Positions 17,877 to 27,720 of a stretch of 64,000 nucleotides of DNA are shown in pieces. Every line of letters begins with the position of its first letter. Position 1 is the stretch's first letter. This stretch comes from Clostridia bacterium (GTDB lineage Bacteria; Bacillota; Clostridia; Oscillospirales; CAG-272), in assembly GCA_017483195.1 (NCBI GenBank), contig JAFULR010000016.1:73310-137309 (forward strand), read 5' to 3'. A program made the position numbers and the translations under genes. Below the pieces are notes generated by a model. That model searched no databases and was not told the origin of the DNA. It saw only the letters and a list, made by a program, of their open reading frames with translations.

Positions 17877-18764
17877 ATGAAAAGAACAGGATTTATAGCA
17901 ATAGTAGGTCGTCCAAACGTTGGAAAATCGACCCTTATGAACAGAATACTCGGTGAGAAGGTGGCTATCGTTTCCTCGAAGCCTCAGACAACGAGAAACA
18001 GAATTATCGGTATCCACACGGTGGGTGAGGATCAGTACGTTTTCCTTGATACTCCCGGAATACATCAGCCCAAGAACAGCCTTGGCGACTTTATGGTAAA
18101 GGCGGCAAACGATTCCATGCACGATGCGGATGCGGTTGTGCTTGTGGTTGACGCGGGCAAGGAGATAAGCCGAGTTGAAGAAAACATTATGGAATACGTT
18201 AAGAAAAGCGGTGTTCCAGCAATTCTTGCGCTCAATAAGGTCGATCTTTACACGCGAGATATTATCGCGCAGACGATAACCGCTTACGCATCCAAATGCG
18301 ATTTCGATGCCTTCGTTCCGATCTGTGCTAAGAAGGGCGAGCAGGTGGATGCTTTGCTTGGTGAGCTTTCAAAATTCCTCTCCGAGAGCGATTGGTTCTA
18401 TCCCGACGATATCGTTACCGATCAGCCCATTCGTCAGATGGCGGCTGAAATTATCCGCGAAAAGATATTAAGAACTTTAAATAAGGAAATTCCCCACGGA
18501 GTTGCCGTGGTTATCGAGGAATTCCGCGACGAGCCAACGATGGTGACCATCCGCGCAGAAATCTTCTGCGAAAAGGAGTCACATAAGGGAATTATCGTCG
18601 GCAAGGGAGGCAAGGAGCTTAAAATGGTGGGCTCATACGCTCGCGAGGATCTTGAAAAGCTCCTTGATAAAAAGGTATATCTCAACCTTTGGGTAAAGGT
18701 TAAGGAAAACTGGCGCGAGAGCGCAAGAACCGTTGGAAACTTCGGTTATCACGACGAGGAATAA
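17877..18764 (+). CDS. era: GTPase Era
   Basis: 295 aa. G1 motif GRPNVGKST, DTPG, NKVD and a C-terminal KH domain. Confidence 0.93.
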   Translation: MKRTGFIAIVGRPNVGKSTLMNRILGEKVAIVSSKPQTTRNRIIGIHTVGEDQYVFLDTPGIHQPKNSLGDFMVKAANDSMHDADAVVLVVDAGKEISRVEENIMEYVKKSGVPAILALNKVDLYTRDIIAQTITAYASKCDFDAFVPICAKKGEQVDALLGELSKFLSESDWFYPDDIVTDQPIRQMAAEIIREKILRTLNKEIPHGVAVVIEEFRDEPTMVTIRAEIFCEKESHKGIIVGKGGKELKMVGSYAREDLEKLLDKKVYLNLWVKVKENWRESARTVGNFGYHDEE

Positions 18765-18795
18765 AGCATCAAAATTCTGAAAGGAAGGTGAGAAA

Positions 18796-19593
18796 ATGCT
18801 ATACACGGTTGACGGCTTGGTTCTGCGCGTTCAGAATCACGGTGAGAATGACAGGCTTATAACCATACTTACCGCAAACGGCAAAATAAGTGCGCTATGT
18901 CACGGTGCGCGCTCCCTAAAGAGCAAGATGGCAAATCTCACTCAGCCCTTTGTTTACGGAAATTTTGAGATAAACAAACGCAGTGGCGCGCTTCCGTGGG
19001 TGAGGGGCGGCTCCACTAATGAGGTGTTTTACGGTCTGCGTGAGGGCGTTGAAAAAATGTTCTTAGCCACTTACGTTTGCGATGTGGCAAGTGAGCTTTC
19101 GGGAGAAGGGGTTGACTGCTCCGAGATATTAAGGCTTGCATTGAACACACTTTACGCTATAATGACGGATTTGCGTCCGCTTTCTCAGATAAAGGCGGCG
19201 TTTGAGCTGCGTGCGGCGGCAATATCCGGATACTGTCCCGACGTTTTGCACTGTGAGGACTGCGGTACGGAAAATTCCGAAAATACATATTTTGACGTTA
19301 TGAACGGCGCGATAGTTTGCTCTGCCTGCCTTGAAAAGCGCGGCGCGGGACTTGGGAAAAAATATTCGTCCGTTTACGATGACGTAAGGGAGAGGAGTGT
19401 TCTTGTTCCTTTAAATCCCGCATCGCTCTCGGCAATAAGATTTGTGCTTTATTCACCGCAAGAGAAGATATACTCGTTTTCACTTTCTAAAGAAGAGGAC
19501 CTTCGGATGTTTGCGCGTGCAGGGGAGGAATATCTGCTCAACCATCTTGGGCACGGCTTTGATTCACTTGATTTGTATTACTCAATGATTTAA
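18796..19593 (+). CDS. recO: DNA repair protein RecO
   Basis: 265 aa. N-terminal OB region and a 4-Cys zinc motif (CEDCG...CSAC). Downstream of era. Confidence 0.88.
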   Translation: MLYTVDGLVLRVQNHGENDRLITILTANGKISALCHGARSLKSKMANLTQPFVYGNFEINKRSGALPWVRGGSTNEVFYGLREGVEKMFLATYVCDVASELSGEGVDCSEILRLALNTLYAIMTDLRPLSQIKAAFELRAAAISGYCPDVLHCEDCGTENSENTYFDVMNGAIVCSACLEKRGAGLGKKYSSVYDDVRERSVLVPLNPASLSAIRFVLYSPQEKIYSFSLSKEEDLRMFARAGEEYLLNHLGHGFDSLDLYYSMI

Positions 19594-19598
19594 AAAAT

Positions 19599-21989
19599 AT
19601 GAAATATTCTGATAATTTATTTACTACTCTTGAATTTGATAAAATTAAGGCGCTTCTCTCGGAATGTGCTATGACAGAGGGCGCATCCGCCATGGCTCTT
19701 GCTCTTGAGCCCACGGACGATCCTGTCGTTATCGTGCGCAGACAGAGAAGGACAACAGACGCGCTCCGCTTGGCTAATGCCAAGGGTATGCCATCGATCC
19801 CCAACGTGCGTGACGTGGGCGCTTCCTGCGAGCGCGCTGATAAGGGCGCGGTGCTTTCAATGAGGGAGCTGCTTGACGTTGCGGGTGTTTTGCGTGCCTC
19901 AAGGATGCTTATTGATTATCTCAACGGAAACAAGCTCTTTGAAACCTCTCTTGACGAGATCTTCGACAGACTCATTCCCGACAGAAGACTTGAGGAGCGC
20001 ATTTTCCGTTCCATCATCTCCGAGGAGATGATGGCGGACGAGGCAAGCCCCGCGCTTGCTGAGATAAGAAGAAAAATAAGAAACGAAAACAATAAAATAA
20101 AAGACATTCTTCAAAAATATGTGACGGTTGGCTCACATTCAAAGTATCTGCAGGAAAATATCGTTACTATGCGTAACGGCAGATACGTAGTTCCCGTAAA
20201 GGCAGAATGCAAGAACGAGGTAAAGGGCTTGCTTCACGATACGTCCGCATCGGGCGCGACTATGTTTATCGAGCCCGCGTCGGTCGTTGAGGCAAATAAT
20301 GAGCTTCGTATGCTTCAAAGCCGTGAGGAGCATGAGATAGAGCGCATCCTGGCAGAGCTTTCAAGCCTTGTCAGTGACGCGTCGAATGCGATCTGGCTCA
20401 ATTACCGCAATATTTCCGAGATCGCGTTCTATTTTGCCTGCGCAACTCTTAGCCAGAGAATGAACGGCGTATATCCCGAGATCTCAAGGGGAAGGACTGT
20501 AAATCTTAAAAGGGCGCGCCATCCTCTTATCGACAGGGATAAGGTGGTTCCCGTGGATCTTTCCATCGAAAACGGAAACGATACTCTTATAATCACGGGT
20601 CCCAACACCGGCGGTAAGACGGTTACGTTAAAGACGCTCGGACTTTTCGCGCTTATGGCTCAATCGGGCTTGCATATTCCTTGTGACGAGGGCAGTGAGC
20701 TTTGCATTTTTGATAATATTTATGCTGATATTGGTGATGCGCAAAGTATTGAGCAGAGCCTTTCAACGTTTTCATCCCATATGGTGAGCATCGTTAAGAT
20801 GCTTGACGGCATTACGGATAACAGCCTTGTGCTTTTTGATGAGCTTTGCGCGGGAACGGACCCCGTTGAGGGCGCGGCTCTTGCCCATTCGATAATTGAG
20901 GCTGTAAGAGAAAAGGGCGCTATGTGTATGGCTACAACCCACTATGCGGAGCTTAAGGCTTATGCACTTCAGACTGCGGGTGTTTGCAATGCTTCGTGCG
21001 AATTTGACGTTGCAACCTTGAAGCCCACCTACAAGCTTATAATCGGTACACCGGGTAAATCAAATGCGTTTGCAATTTCTACAAAGCTCGGACTTGACGA
21101 GAGAATCGTTGAGAGAGCAAAGACCTTCATTGGTTCCGATGACAGAAATTTTGAAACCGTTATTGAAAAGCTTGAAAGCAGCAGAATAGAAATGGAGCGC
21201 GAAAGGGCAAGAGCAGAAGAGCTCAGAGCCGAATACGAGCGCTTTAAGGCTGAGAATGAGAAAATTTTGAATAGAAAGCTGGCAGAAGCCGATAAAACTC
21301 TTGAAAAGGCAAGAGAAAAGGCAAACGCCATGGTGCAGAGTGCAAAGGCTTCAAGCGATTACATTCTTGCTGAGATGGACAAGCTCCGCAAGCAAAGAGA
21401 GAGTGAGCGACTTGGGGATGAGGTGGATGAGGCTCGCAGAAAGATGCGTGCGTATCTGCGCGAAAACGAGAGCAAATTCAATCCCGTTGATGAGAAGGTG
21501 GATAAGGAGTATGTTCTTCCGCGTCCGCTTCGCGTAGGTGACGAGGTCTATATCGTGAATATCGATAAGAACGGCTTTGTTGTTGAAGCGCCCGATAAAA
21601 ACGGAAACGTTACCGTTCAGGCGGGAATTATAAAAACCAAGACCAAGGTGAAAAATCTTAAATTGATAGAGAATTCACCGTCCTTTATGGATAAAACGGG
21701 TAAAAAAGCCAAGGCAAGCGACTACAAGGCAACAGTCAGCCGTGACTGCCGTGACGAGATAGACCTTCGCGGAATGAACGGTGATGAGGCTTGGTTCAGG
21801 GTCGATAAATATCTTGACGAGGCTATGCTTGTTGGCTACAATTCCGTTCGTCTTATACACGGCAAGGGTACGGGTGCGCTTAAGAAAGCGCTTTGGGAAT
21901 ACCTGCGCCGCGACAGCCGTATAAAGTCCTATCGAATAGGTCAGTACGGTGAGGGCGACGGCGGTGTTACCGTGGTTGAGCTCAAATAA
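19599..21989 (+). CDS. mutS2: endonuclease MutS2
   Basis: 796 aa. MutS ATPase domain (GPNTGGKT) and a C-terminal Smr domain (IDLRGM...IHGKGTG). Confidence 0.92.
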   Translation: MKYSDNLFTTLEFDKIKALLSECAMTEGASAMALALEPTDDPVVIVRRQRRTTDALRLANAKGMPSIPNVRDVGASCERADKGAVLSMRELLDVAGVLRASRMLIDYLNGNKLFETSLDEIFDRLIPDRRLEERIFRSIISEEMMADEASPALAEIRRKIRNENNKIKDILQKYVTVGSHSKYLQENIVTMRNGRYVVPVKAECKNEVKGLLHDTSASGATMFIEPASVVEANNELRMLQSREEHEIERILAELSSLVSDASNAIWLNYRNISEIAFYFACATLSQRMNGVYPEISRGRTVNLKRARHPLIDRDKVVPVDLSIENGNDTLIITGPNTGGKTVTLKTLGLFALMAQSGLHIPCDEGSELCIFDNIYADIGDAQSIEQSLSTFSSHMVSIVKMLDGITDNSLVLFDELCAGTDPVEGAALAHSIIEAVREKGAMCMATTHYAELKAYALQTAGVCNASCEFDVATLKPTYKLIIGTPGKSNAFAISTKLGLDERIVERAKTFIGSDDRNFETVIEKLESSRIEMERERARAEELRAEYERFKAENEKILNRKLAEADKTLEKAREKANAMVQSAKASSDYILAEMDKLRKQRESERLGDEVDEARRKMRAYLRENESKFNPVDEKVDKEYVLPRPLRVGDEVYIVNIDKNGFVVEAPDKNGNVTVQAGIIKTKTKVKNLKLIENSPSFMDKTGKKAKASDYKATVSRDCRDEIDLRGMNGDEAWFRVDKYLDEAMLVGYNSVRLIHGKGTGALKKALWEYLRRDSRIKSYRIGQYGEGDGGVTVVELK

Positions 21990-22131
21990 TAGTAGCTTTT
22001 GTACTCGTTTGTAGCAAATGCTACAAAAAAACCACTAAAAAAACAAAAAATCATCAAAATACATCTTGTCAAATTGTTTTTGTTTATGTTATAATAAGTC
22101 ATAATTTTATATTTTCGGGGGATGGGCTTCT

Positions 22132-23244
22132 ATGAAAAAAGAACTTTACGGAGAATTACGCGTAATCGGTATGAAGGGCTGCGAGGAATTTGTATCGCAG
22201 GTTGACTCGTATCTTAAGGAGTGGAGAGGATCCGCACCCGAGGATACTTTCGTCGTTGATCACGAATGTCCTCGATTCGGTACGGGTGAGGCTAAATGTG
22301 TTATCCATGAAACTCTCAGAGGAGATGACGTTTATATCATTACCGATTGCTTTAATTACAGCGTTACCTACAAGATGTACGGTATGGATGTTCCTATGAG
22401 TCCCGACGATCACTACTGCGATCTTAAAAGGACTATAGCTGCAATTGCGGGTAAGGCAAGACGTATTACCGTTATTATGCTTATGCTTTACGAGGGACGC
22501 CAGCACAAGAGAAGCGCAAGAGAGAGCCTTGACTGTTCTCTTATGCTTCAGGAGCTTATCGGAATGGGAGTAACTAATTTCCTTACCTTTGATGCTCACG
22601 ATCCCAGAATCAATAATGCAGTTCCGCTTTCGGGCTTTGATAACGTTCAGCCCACCTATCAGATGATAAAGGCACTTGTTAAAAACGTTCCCGATATCGT
22701 GGTTGATAAGGATCACCTCGTTATGATATCCCCCGACGAGGGTGCTATGCAGAGATGTATGTACTATTCATCCGTTCTCGGAATAGACATCGGTATGTTC
22801 TATAAGCGCAGAAATTACTCCATTATTGTTAACGGTAGAAATCCAATTGAAGCTCACGAATATCTCGGTCAGGATCTTCACGGCAAGGACGTTATCATTG
22901 TTGACGATATGATCGCCAGCGGCGAGAGCCTTCTTGACGTTGCAAAGCAGCTTAAGGATAAGGGCGCGAAGAGAATATTTAACTTTGCGACCTTCGGACT
23001 TTTCACAAGTGGCTTTGATAAGTTTGATAAGGCTTATGAGGAAGGTCTTATCGATAAGATCTTTACCACAAACCTCGTTTACCATAAGCCCGAGCTTCAC
23101 GGTAAGGAATGGTGGTGTGAGGTTAATATGTGCAAGTATGTGTCTTTCCTTATTGATACTCTTAACCACGACGATACTATCAGTAGTCTTATCGATCCTG
23201 TTGACAGAATTAATAACATTCTCGTTAAATACGGCAAAAGATAA
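22132..23244 (+). CDS. prs: ribose-phosphate pyrophosphokinase (long form)
   Basis: 370 aa. FDAHD motif and PRPP-binding loop VIIVDDMIASGESL. Confidence 0.85.
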   Translation: MKKELYGELRVIGMKGCEEFVSQVDSYLKEWRGSAPEDTFVVDHECPRFGTGEAKCVIHETLRGDDVYIITDCFNYSVTYKMYGMDVPMSPDDHYCDLKRTIAAIAGKARRITVIMLMLYEGRQHKRSARESLDCSLMLQELIGMGVTNFLTFDAHDPRINNAVPLSGFDNVQPTYQMIKALVKNVPDIVVDKDHLVMISPDEGAMQRCMYYSSVLGIDIGMFYKRRNYSIIVNGRNPIEAHEYLGQDLHGKDVIIVDDMIASGESLLDVAKQLKDKGAKRIFNFATFGLFTSGFDKFDKAYEEGLIDKIFTTNLVYHKPELHGKEWWCEVNMCKYVSFLIDTLNHDDTISSLIDPVDRINNILVKYGKR

Positions 23245-23249
23245 AAAAC

Positions 23250-23279
23250 AGCCCGACTCGATCAAGAGTCGGGCTTTTA
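23250..23279 (+). terminator. intrinsic terminator of prs
   Basis: AGCCCGACTC-GATCAA-GAGTCGGGCT followed by TTTT. Confidence 0.8.
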
Positions 23280-23291
23280 CTATAAAGTGAT

Positions 23292-23714
23292 AAATTGGAA
23301 TTTATGGTGGAGATAGTTTAATTTGGAATAGCAGGGGGCTTTTTTGAAAAGCCGCCCCCTGCACCCCCGAAAAACTTTTAAAGTATTTTATCACTAAATT
23401 CCGCGCAAATTGTTCCGCAAGCGGAACGAGACGATTTTCTTTGCATTTTAACAGGCGCAAAGAAAATCTCTAATTTGCTAATGCAAATAATAACCATTTG
23501 CTTTGCTTGTGGCTATAGATAGAGTAGCAAATTGCAGTTTTTCGACAAGGGAGAAAAACGTTATGTGTTGCTCCGCAACACAATTTGCGCGAAATCCGTG
23601 GAGTCAGTACAGACTAAACGGCTACTGGGCAAAGCTATTTTAAGCTTTTGCCAAGCTTTTCTCGAAAAGCGTCCTTTTTTTTCTAACTAATTCCCCTATA
23701 AATCAAAATTTGAA
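23292..23714 (+). repeat. mosaic dyad-symmetric intergenic repeat (copy C, full length 423 bp)
   Basis: Ends are AAATTGGAATTTATGGTGGAG and TTCCCCTATAAATCAAAATTTGAA. 23581-23649 matches 13352-13420 at 67/69 nt. Central inverted repeat CGCGCAAATTG (23402-23412) / CAATTTGCGCG (23581-23591). Confidence 0.8.
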
Positions 23715-23804
23715 ATTTCGGTTTATTAACAGAATGTTCACAATTATGTATTATAATAATCTATTAGTAATTTATCTTGCCGTTTGTGGCGGAATGGAGT
23801 ATAT

Positions 23805-24752
23805 ATGTCAGAAAACAACAAAGCTTGCATTGCAAAAAAGACTTCGATCGGCGGTCAGGCTCTGATCGAAGGCATTATGATGCGCGGTCCAAAGAAAAGC
23901 GCGATGGCAGTTCGCAATCCGCAGGGTGAGATCGTCCTTGAAAAATGGGATAATGAGCCGGCAGATAAAAAGCCCGGTATTGTTGATAAATTAAGAAAGC
24001 TTCCCATCGTTCGCGGAGTTTTCAATTTTGCGATTTCTATGATCGCCGGCTACAAATCCCTTATGAAGAGTGCTGAGATCGCGGGCTTTGAGGACGAGGA
24101 TGAAAAAGAGGATAATAAGGGTATGATGGCAGTTGTTGGCATTATTGCCGGCGTGCTTGGTGTATGCCTTTCCGTTGGACTTTTCATTCTTTTGCCGACC
24201 TTCCTTTATGATCTTATAGCTAAGGTAGTTCCTGCGATCGCGGGGAACAGAATATTAAAGTCTGTATTTGAGGGTATCCTTAAAATAGCGATACTCGTTG
24301 CTTATATGGCGGCGGTTTCCAGAATGAACGATATTAAGCGCACGTTCCAATATCACGGCGCTGAGCATAAGACCATCTTCTGCTACGAGGCGGGACTTGA
24401 GCTTACGGTTGAGAACGTAAGAAAGCAGGGACGTTTCCATCCTCGCTGCGGAACTTCTTTCCTTATAGTTATGCTTCTTGTAAGTATATTCATCGGAATG
24501 ATAATTCCTCCCGAGCTTCCCACTCTAATAAGAACACTCATCAAGGTGCTTCTTCTTCCTCTTACAATGGGTATTGGCTATGAATTCATAAAATTTGCTG
24601 GAAAGCACGAAAACGCAGTAACTAAAATTCTTTCGGCACCCGGTCTCTGGATGCAGAGAATAACGGTGCTTGAGCCCGACGATTCTATGATAGAGTGCGC
24701 TATCACCGCCGTTAAAGAGGTAATCCCCGACGACGGCTCGGATCTAATTTAA
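23805..24752 (+). CDS. DUF1385-family membrane protein
   Basis: IGGQALIEGIMMRGP and YHGAEHK motifs are typical of DUF1385. ATG 23805 follows GGAATGGAG; the track ORF starts at 23784. Confidence 0.78.
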   Translation: MSENNKACIAKKTSIGGQALIEGIMMRGPKKSAMAVRNPQGEIVLEKWDNEPADKKPGIVDKLRKLPIVRGVFNFAISMIAGYKSLMKSAEIAGFEDEDEKEDNKGMMAVVGIIAGVLGVCLSVGLFILLPTFLYDLIAKVVPAIAGNRILKSVFEGILKIAILVAYMAAVSRMNDIKRTFQYHGAEHKTIFCYEAGLELTVENVRKQGRFHPRCGTSFLIVMLLVSIFIGMIIPPELPTLIRTLIKVLLLPLTMGIGYEFIKFAGKHENAVTKILSAPGLWMQRITVLEPDDSMIECAITAVKEVIPDDGSDLI

Positions 24753-24761
24753 TTAAATCAA

Positions 24762-24784
24762 AACTCCCACCGACGGTGGGAGTT
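24762..24784. terminator. bidirectional intrinsic terminator (DUF1385 gene / murE)
   Basis: AACTCCCACC-GAC-GGTGGGAGTT with T-rich runs on both sides. Confidence 0.75.
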
Positions 24785-24786
24785 GT

Positions 24787-26262
24787 TTATTTTGCGGAAT
24801 AGGTCAGTTCATTTATATAATCCTCGAGGATCTCTCGCTCGCAAAAATACTTATTTCTGCCATTTATCAGCTGATATCTTTCGTGTCCCTTACCTGCGAG
24901 GAGAATGATATCTCCGCGCTCGCTTTTCTCTGCGGCGAAGCGTATCGCTTCGCGTCTGTCGGGGATGCGGATGTACGAATCGGGATCGTAATACTGTCTT
25001 GCGATATCGTCGATAATCTGATCGGGACTTTCAGTGTCGGGATTATCTGATGTGAGGATCGAAAAATCCGCGTATTTAGAAGCGACCTCGCCCATTTGCG
25101 CGCGGCGCACCTGAGTTCTGCATCCTACCGAGCCGAAAAGGCATACAAGGCGGTTGGGCTCATATTTTCGAAGAGCCTGTAAAACACTTTTAAGGCTAAG
25201 TCCGTTATGCGCGTAATCTATCACGAAGCAAGCGCCGTTTGGCATAGTGAGGACCTCAAAGCGTCCGTCTATCTTCATTTTTGATAAGGATGCGGATATC
25301 TGCTCATCCGAAAGTCCAAAGGCTTTGGCAACCGCTATGGCGCAGAGGGCATTATGAATATTGAATTCACCCGGAACGGAGAGTGAGCAGGGAAGCGCAC
25401 CGTCCTTTTTGTTGCATATAAAGCTTGTGCCAAGCATATCGGAGGTTCTGCAAAGATCGATATTGGTGGCGGTGAAATCGGACCTTCCGCCAAGGGAGAA
25501 AAATCTTTTTTCGGCGGTGCAATCGGAGAGCATTTTTTTAGTACTCGGGTCGTCTGCGTTAGCGATAACGAGGCGCGATGGATATTCATCAAAGAGCTTC
25601 TTTTTTGATATCATATAGTCATCAAAATTCGGATGCTCCGCAGGGCCTATGTGATCGGGAGAAAGGTTTGTAAACGCGGTAATATCGAATTCGATCCCGA
25701 GCGTTCTTCCAAGCTTCAGGGCTTGGGAGGAGACCTCGATAACCGCCGCGCGCACACCCTCGTTTGCCATTTGGCGAAGATGATACTGCAGAATATGGCT
25801 TTCGGGAGTTGTGTTTTTTGAGTCCATGCGCTTGCTTGCGTATTGTATTCCGTTTGATCCTATATAGCCTGCGGGAATGCCCGCGTGATCGAGCATCTGC
25901 TTTATCATCAGTGCGGTAGTGGTTTTTCCTTTGGTTCCCGTGATACCGATCACTGAAATGGAGCGCGAAGGCTCGCCGTAAAGAGCGCAGGAGAGTAATG
26001 CAAGGGCACGTCGGCTGTCGGGCACCAGAATAACTGTCGCGTCACTCGGAAGTCCCTCGGGCTGTCTTTCACAGACGAAAATGCGGCATCCCGCATCATA
26101 TGCCTTGGGAGCAAATACGTGCCCGTCCGTTGCAAAGCCTCTGATACACACAAATACCGAGTGTTCGCGCGCTTCAAAGGAGCTGTTTGTTATGTGCTCC
26201 ACTTCGGTGTCGGTGAAGCTTCCGCAGTATTCAATTTTTTTCAGAAGCTGTGACAGGAGCAT
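24787..26262 (-). CDS. murE: UDP-MurNAc-L-Ala-D-Glu : diamino-acid ligase MurE
   Basis: Mur ligase P-loop GITGTKGKTT. C-terminal TSDNPDTE, where DAP-type enzymes have DNPR. ATG 26262 follows GAGG; the track ORF starts at 26274. Confidence 0.9.
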   Translation of the reverse strand: MLLSQLLKKIEYCGSFTDTEVEHITNSSFEAREHSVFVCIRGFATDGHVFAPKAYDAGCRIFVCERQPEGLPSDATVILVPDSRRALALLSCALYGEPSRSISVIGITGTKGKTTTALMIKQMLDHAGIPAGYIGSNGIQYASKRMDSKNTTPESHILQYHLRQMANEGVRAAVIEVSSQALKLGRTLGIEFDITAFTNLSPDHIGPAEHPNFDDYMISKKKLFDEYPSRLVIANADDPSTKKMLSDCTAEKRFFSLGGRSDFTATNIDLCRTSDMLGTSFICNKKDGALPCSLSVPGEFNIHNALCAIAVAKAFGLSDEQISASLSKMKIDGRFEVLTMPNGACFVIDYAHNGLSLKSVLQALRKYEPNRLVCLFGSVGCRTQVRRAQMGEVASKYADFSILTSDNPDTESPDQIIDDIARQYYDPDSYIRIPDRREAIRFAAEKSERGDIILLAGKGHERYQLINGRNKYFCEREILEDYINELTYSAK

Positions 26263-26439
26263 AATATACCTCAAAAATCAATATTTTACTAATTATATCA
26301 CAATACTTTGTATTTTGCCATAGGATTATCAAAAAAAAGTTTAGGCTTGCTAAAAAAATAAAAGCTATTGACTTTTTAGAGATTGGAATATATAATATAT
26401 TATGATAAAAGTAAAATGGCGTATTATGGGGAAGAGCAA

Positions 26440-27699
26440 ATGAGAGAATTTTTTGAAAGGGCGCATATCATAGTTGTCGGTGGCGGAGCTGCCGGAATGA
26501 TGGCTGCAACGGTCGCCGCAAGGAACGGTGCTGACGTGCTTTTGTTTGAAAAAAATGACAGACTTGGTAAAAAGCTGCGTATAACCGGTAAGGGACGCTG
26601 CAATGTCACCAACGATTGTGACAGAAACGAGTTTATGTCAAACGTTGCAACCAATTCAAAGTTTCTTTTTGCCTCTCTTTCGCGCTTTTCCACTGCAGAT
26701 ACAAAGGATTTTTTCGAGGAGCTTGGCGTTCCCTTAAAAGTCGAGAGGGGGAAAAGAGTTTTTCCCGTGTCGGATAAGGCGGAGGATATAGTGTCCGCTA
26801 TGAAGCGCGCTTGCGATGATGCGGGCGTTACGGTAATAAACAAAAAAGTTGATGATCTGATAATTGAAGGCGGCAGAGTTGCCGGTGTGATTGCGGAGGG
26901 AGAACCTTATGGAGCGAGATCTGTTATAGTCTGCACCGGCGGAGCTTCTTATCCAAGGACGGGATCAACGGGTGACGGATACCGCTTTGCTAAAAAGGCA
27001 GGGCACAAGATAGTTGAGATCAGACCTTCTCTTGTCCCGCTTGTTTCGAGCGGTAAGCTTTGCGCACGCCTGCAGGGGCTCTCACTTAAAAACATAGGAT
27101 TTAAAATAAAGGATACCGAAAGCGGCAAGGTGGTCTTTGAGGATTTTGGCGAGATGATGTTCACGCATTTTGGCATTACGGGTCCTGTGGTGCTTTCCGC
27201 GAGCGCGCATCTTTCCGATATCAAAAGCGGTAAGTACGTTGCGAGCATCGATATGAAGCCCGCACTCGATCACAAAACACTTGATTCTCGCATACTTTCG
27301 GATTTTTCCGAATTTATAAACAAGGATTTTATCAATTCGCTCGATGCACTTCTTCCGCAGAAGATGATACCTATCGTTGTTGGACTTTCAGGTATTGACG
27401 GAAGGAAAAAGGTAAATTCCATTACCAAGGAAGAAAGGGAAGCACTTGTTTCTCTTATTAAAAATATTGAGATTCCGATCTCGGATTTCCGTCCGATCAA
27501 CGAGGCAATAATCACAAAAGGAGGCGTAAGCGTTTCCGAGGTGAGTCCCAAGACTATGGAATCAAAGCTTGCGGCAGGTCTGTATTTTGCCGGCGAGGTA
27601 CTTGATCTTGACGCATATACGGGCGGATTTAATTTACAAATAGCATTTTCTACAGCTACTCTTGCGGGTGAGAACGCCGCATGGAGCAGCTTTGAGTAA
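26440..27699 (+). CDS. HI0933/YhiN (BaiN-like) family FAD-dependent oxidoreductase
   Basis: Dinucleotide-binding IIVVGGGAAGMMAA. Length and C-terminal region are typical of the family. Promoter TTGACT-17-TATAAT at 26368-26396. Confidence 0.75.
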   Translation: MREFFERAHIIVVGGGAAGMMAATVAARNGADVLLFEKNDRLGKKLRITGKGRCNVTNDCDRNEFMSNVATNSKFLFASLSRFSTADTKDFFEELGVPLKVERGKRVFPVSDKAEDIVSAMKRACDDAGVTVINKKVDDLIIEGGRVAGVIAEGEPYGARSVIVCTGGASYPRTGSTGDGYRFAKKAGHKIVEIRPSLVPLVSSGKLCARLQGLSLKNIGFKIKDTESGKVVFEDFGEMMFTHFGITGPVVLSASAHLSDIKSGKYVASIDMKPALDHKTLDSRILSDFSEFINKDFINSLDALLPQKMIPIVVGLSGIDGRKKVNSITKEEREALVSLIKNIEIPISDFRPINEAIITKGGVSVSEVSPKTMESKLAAGLYFAGEVLDLDAYTGGFNLQIAFSTATLAGENAAWSSFE

Positions 27700-27720
27700 A
27701 ATTATAAAGGGGATTTTAAA

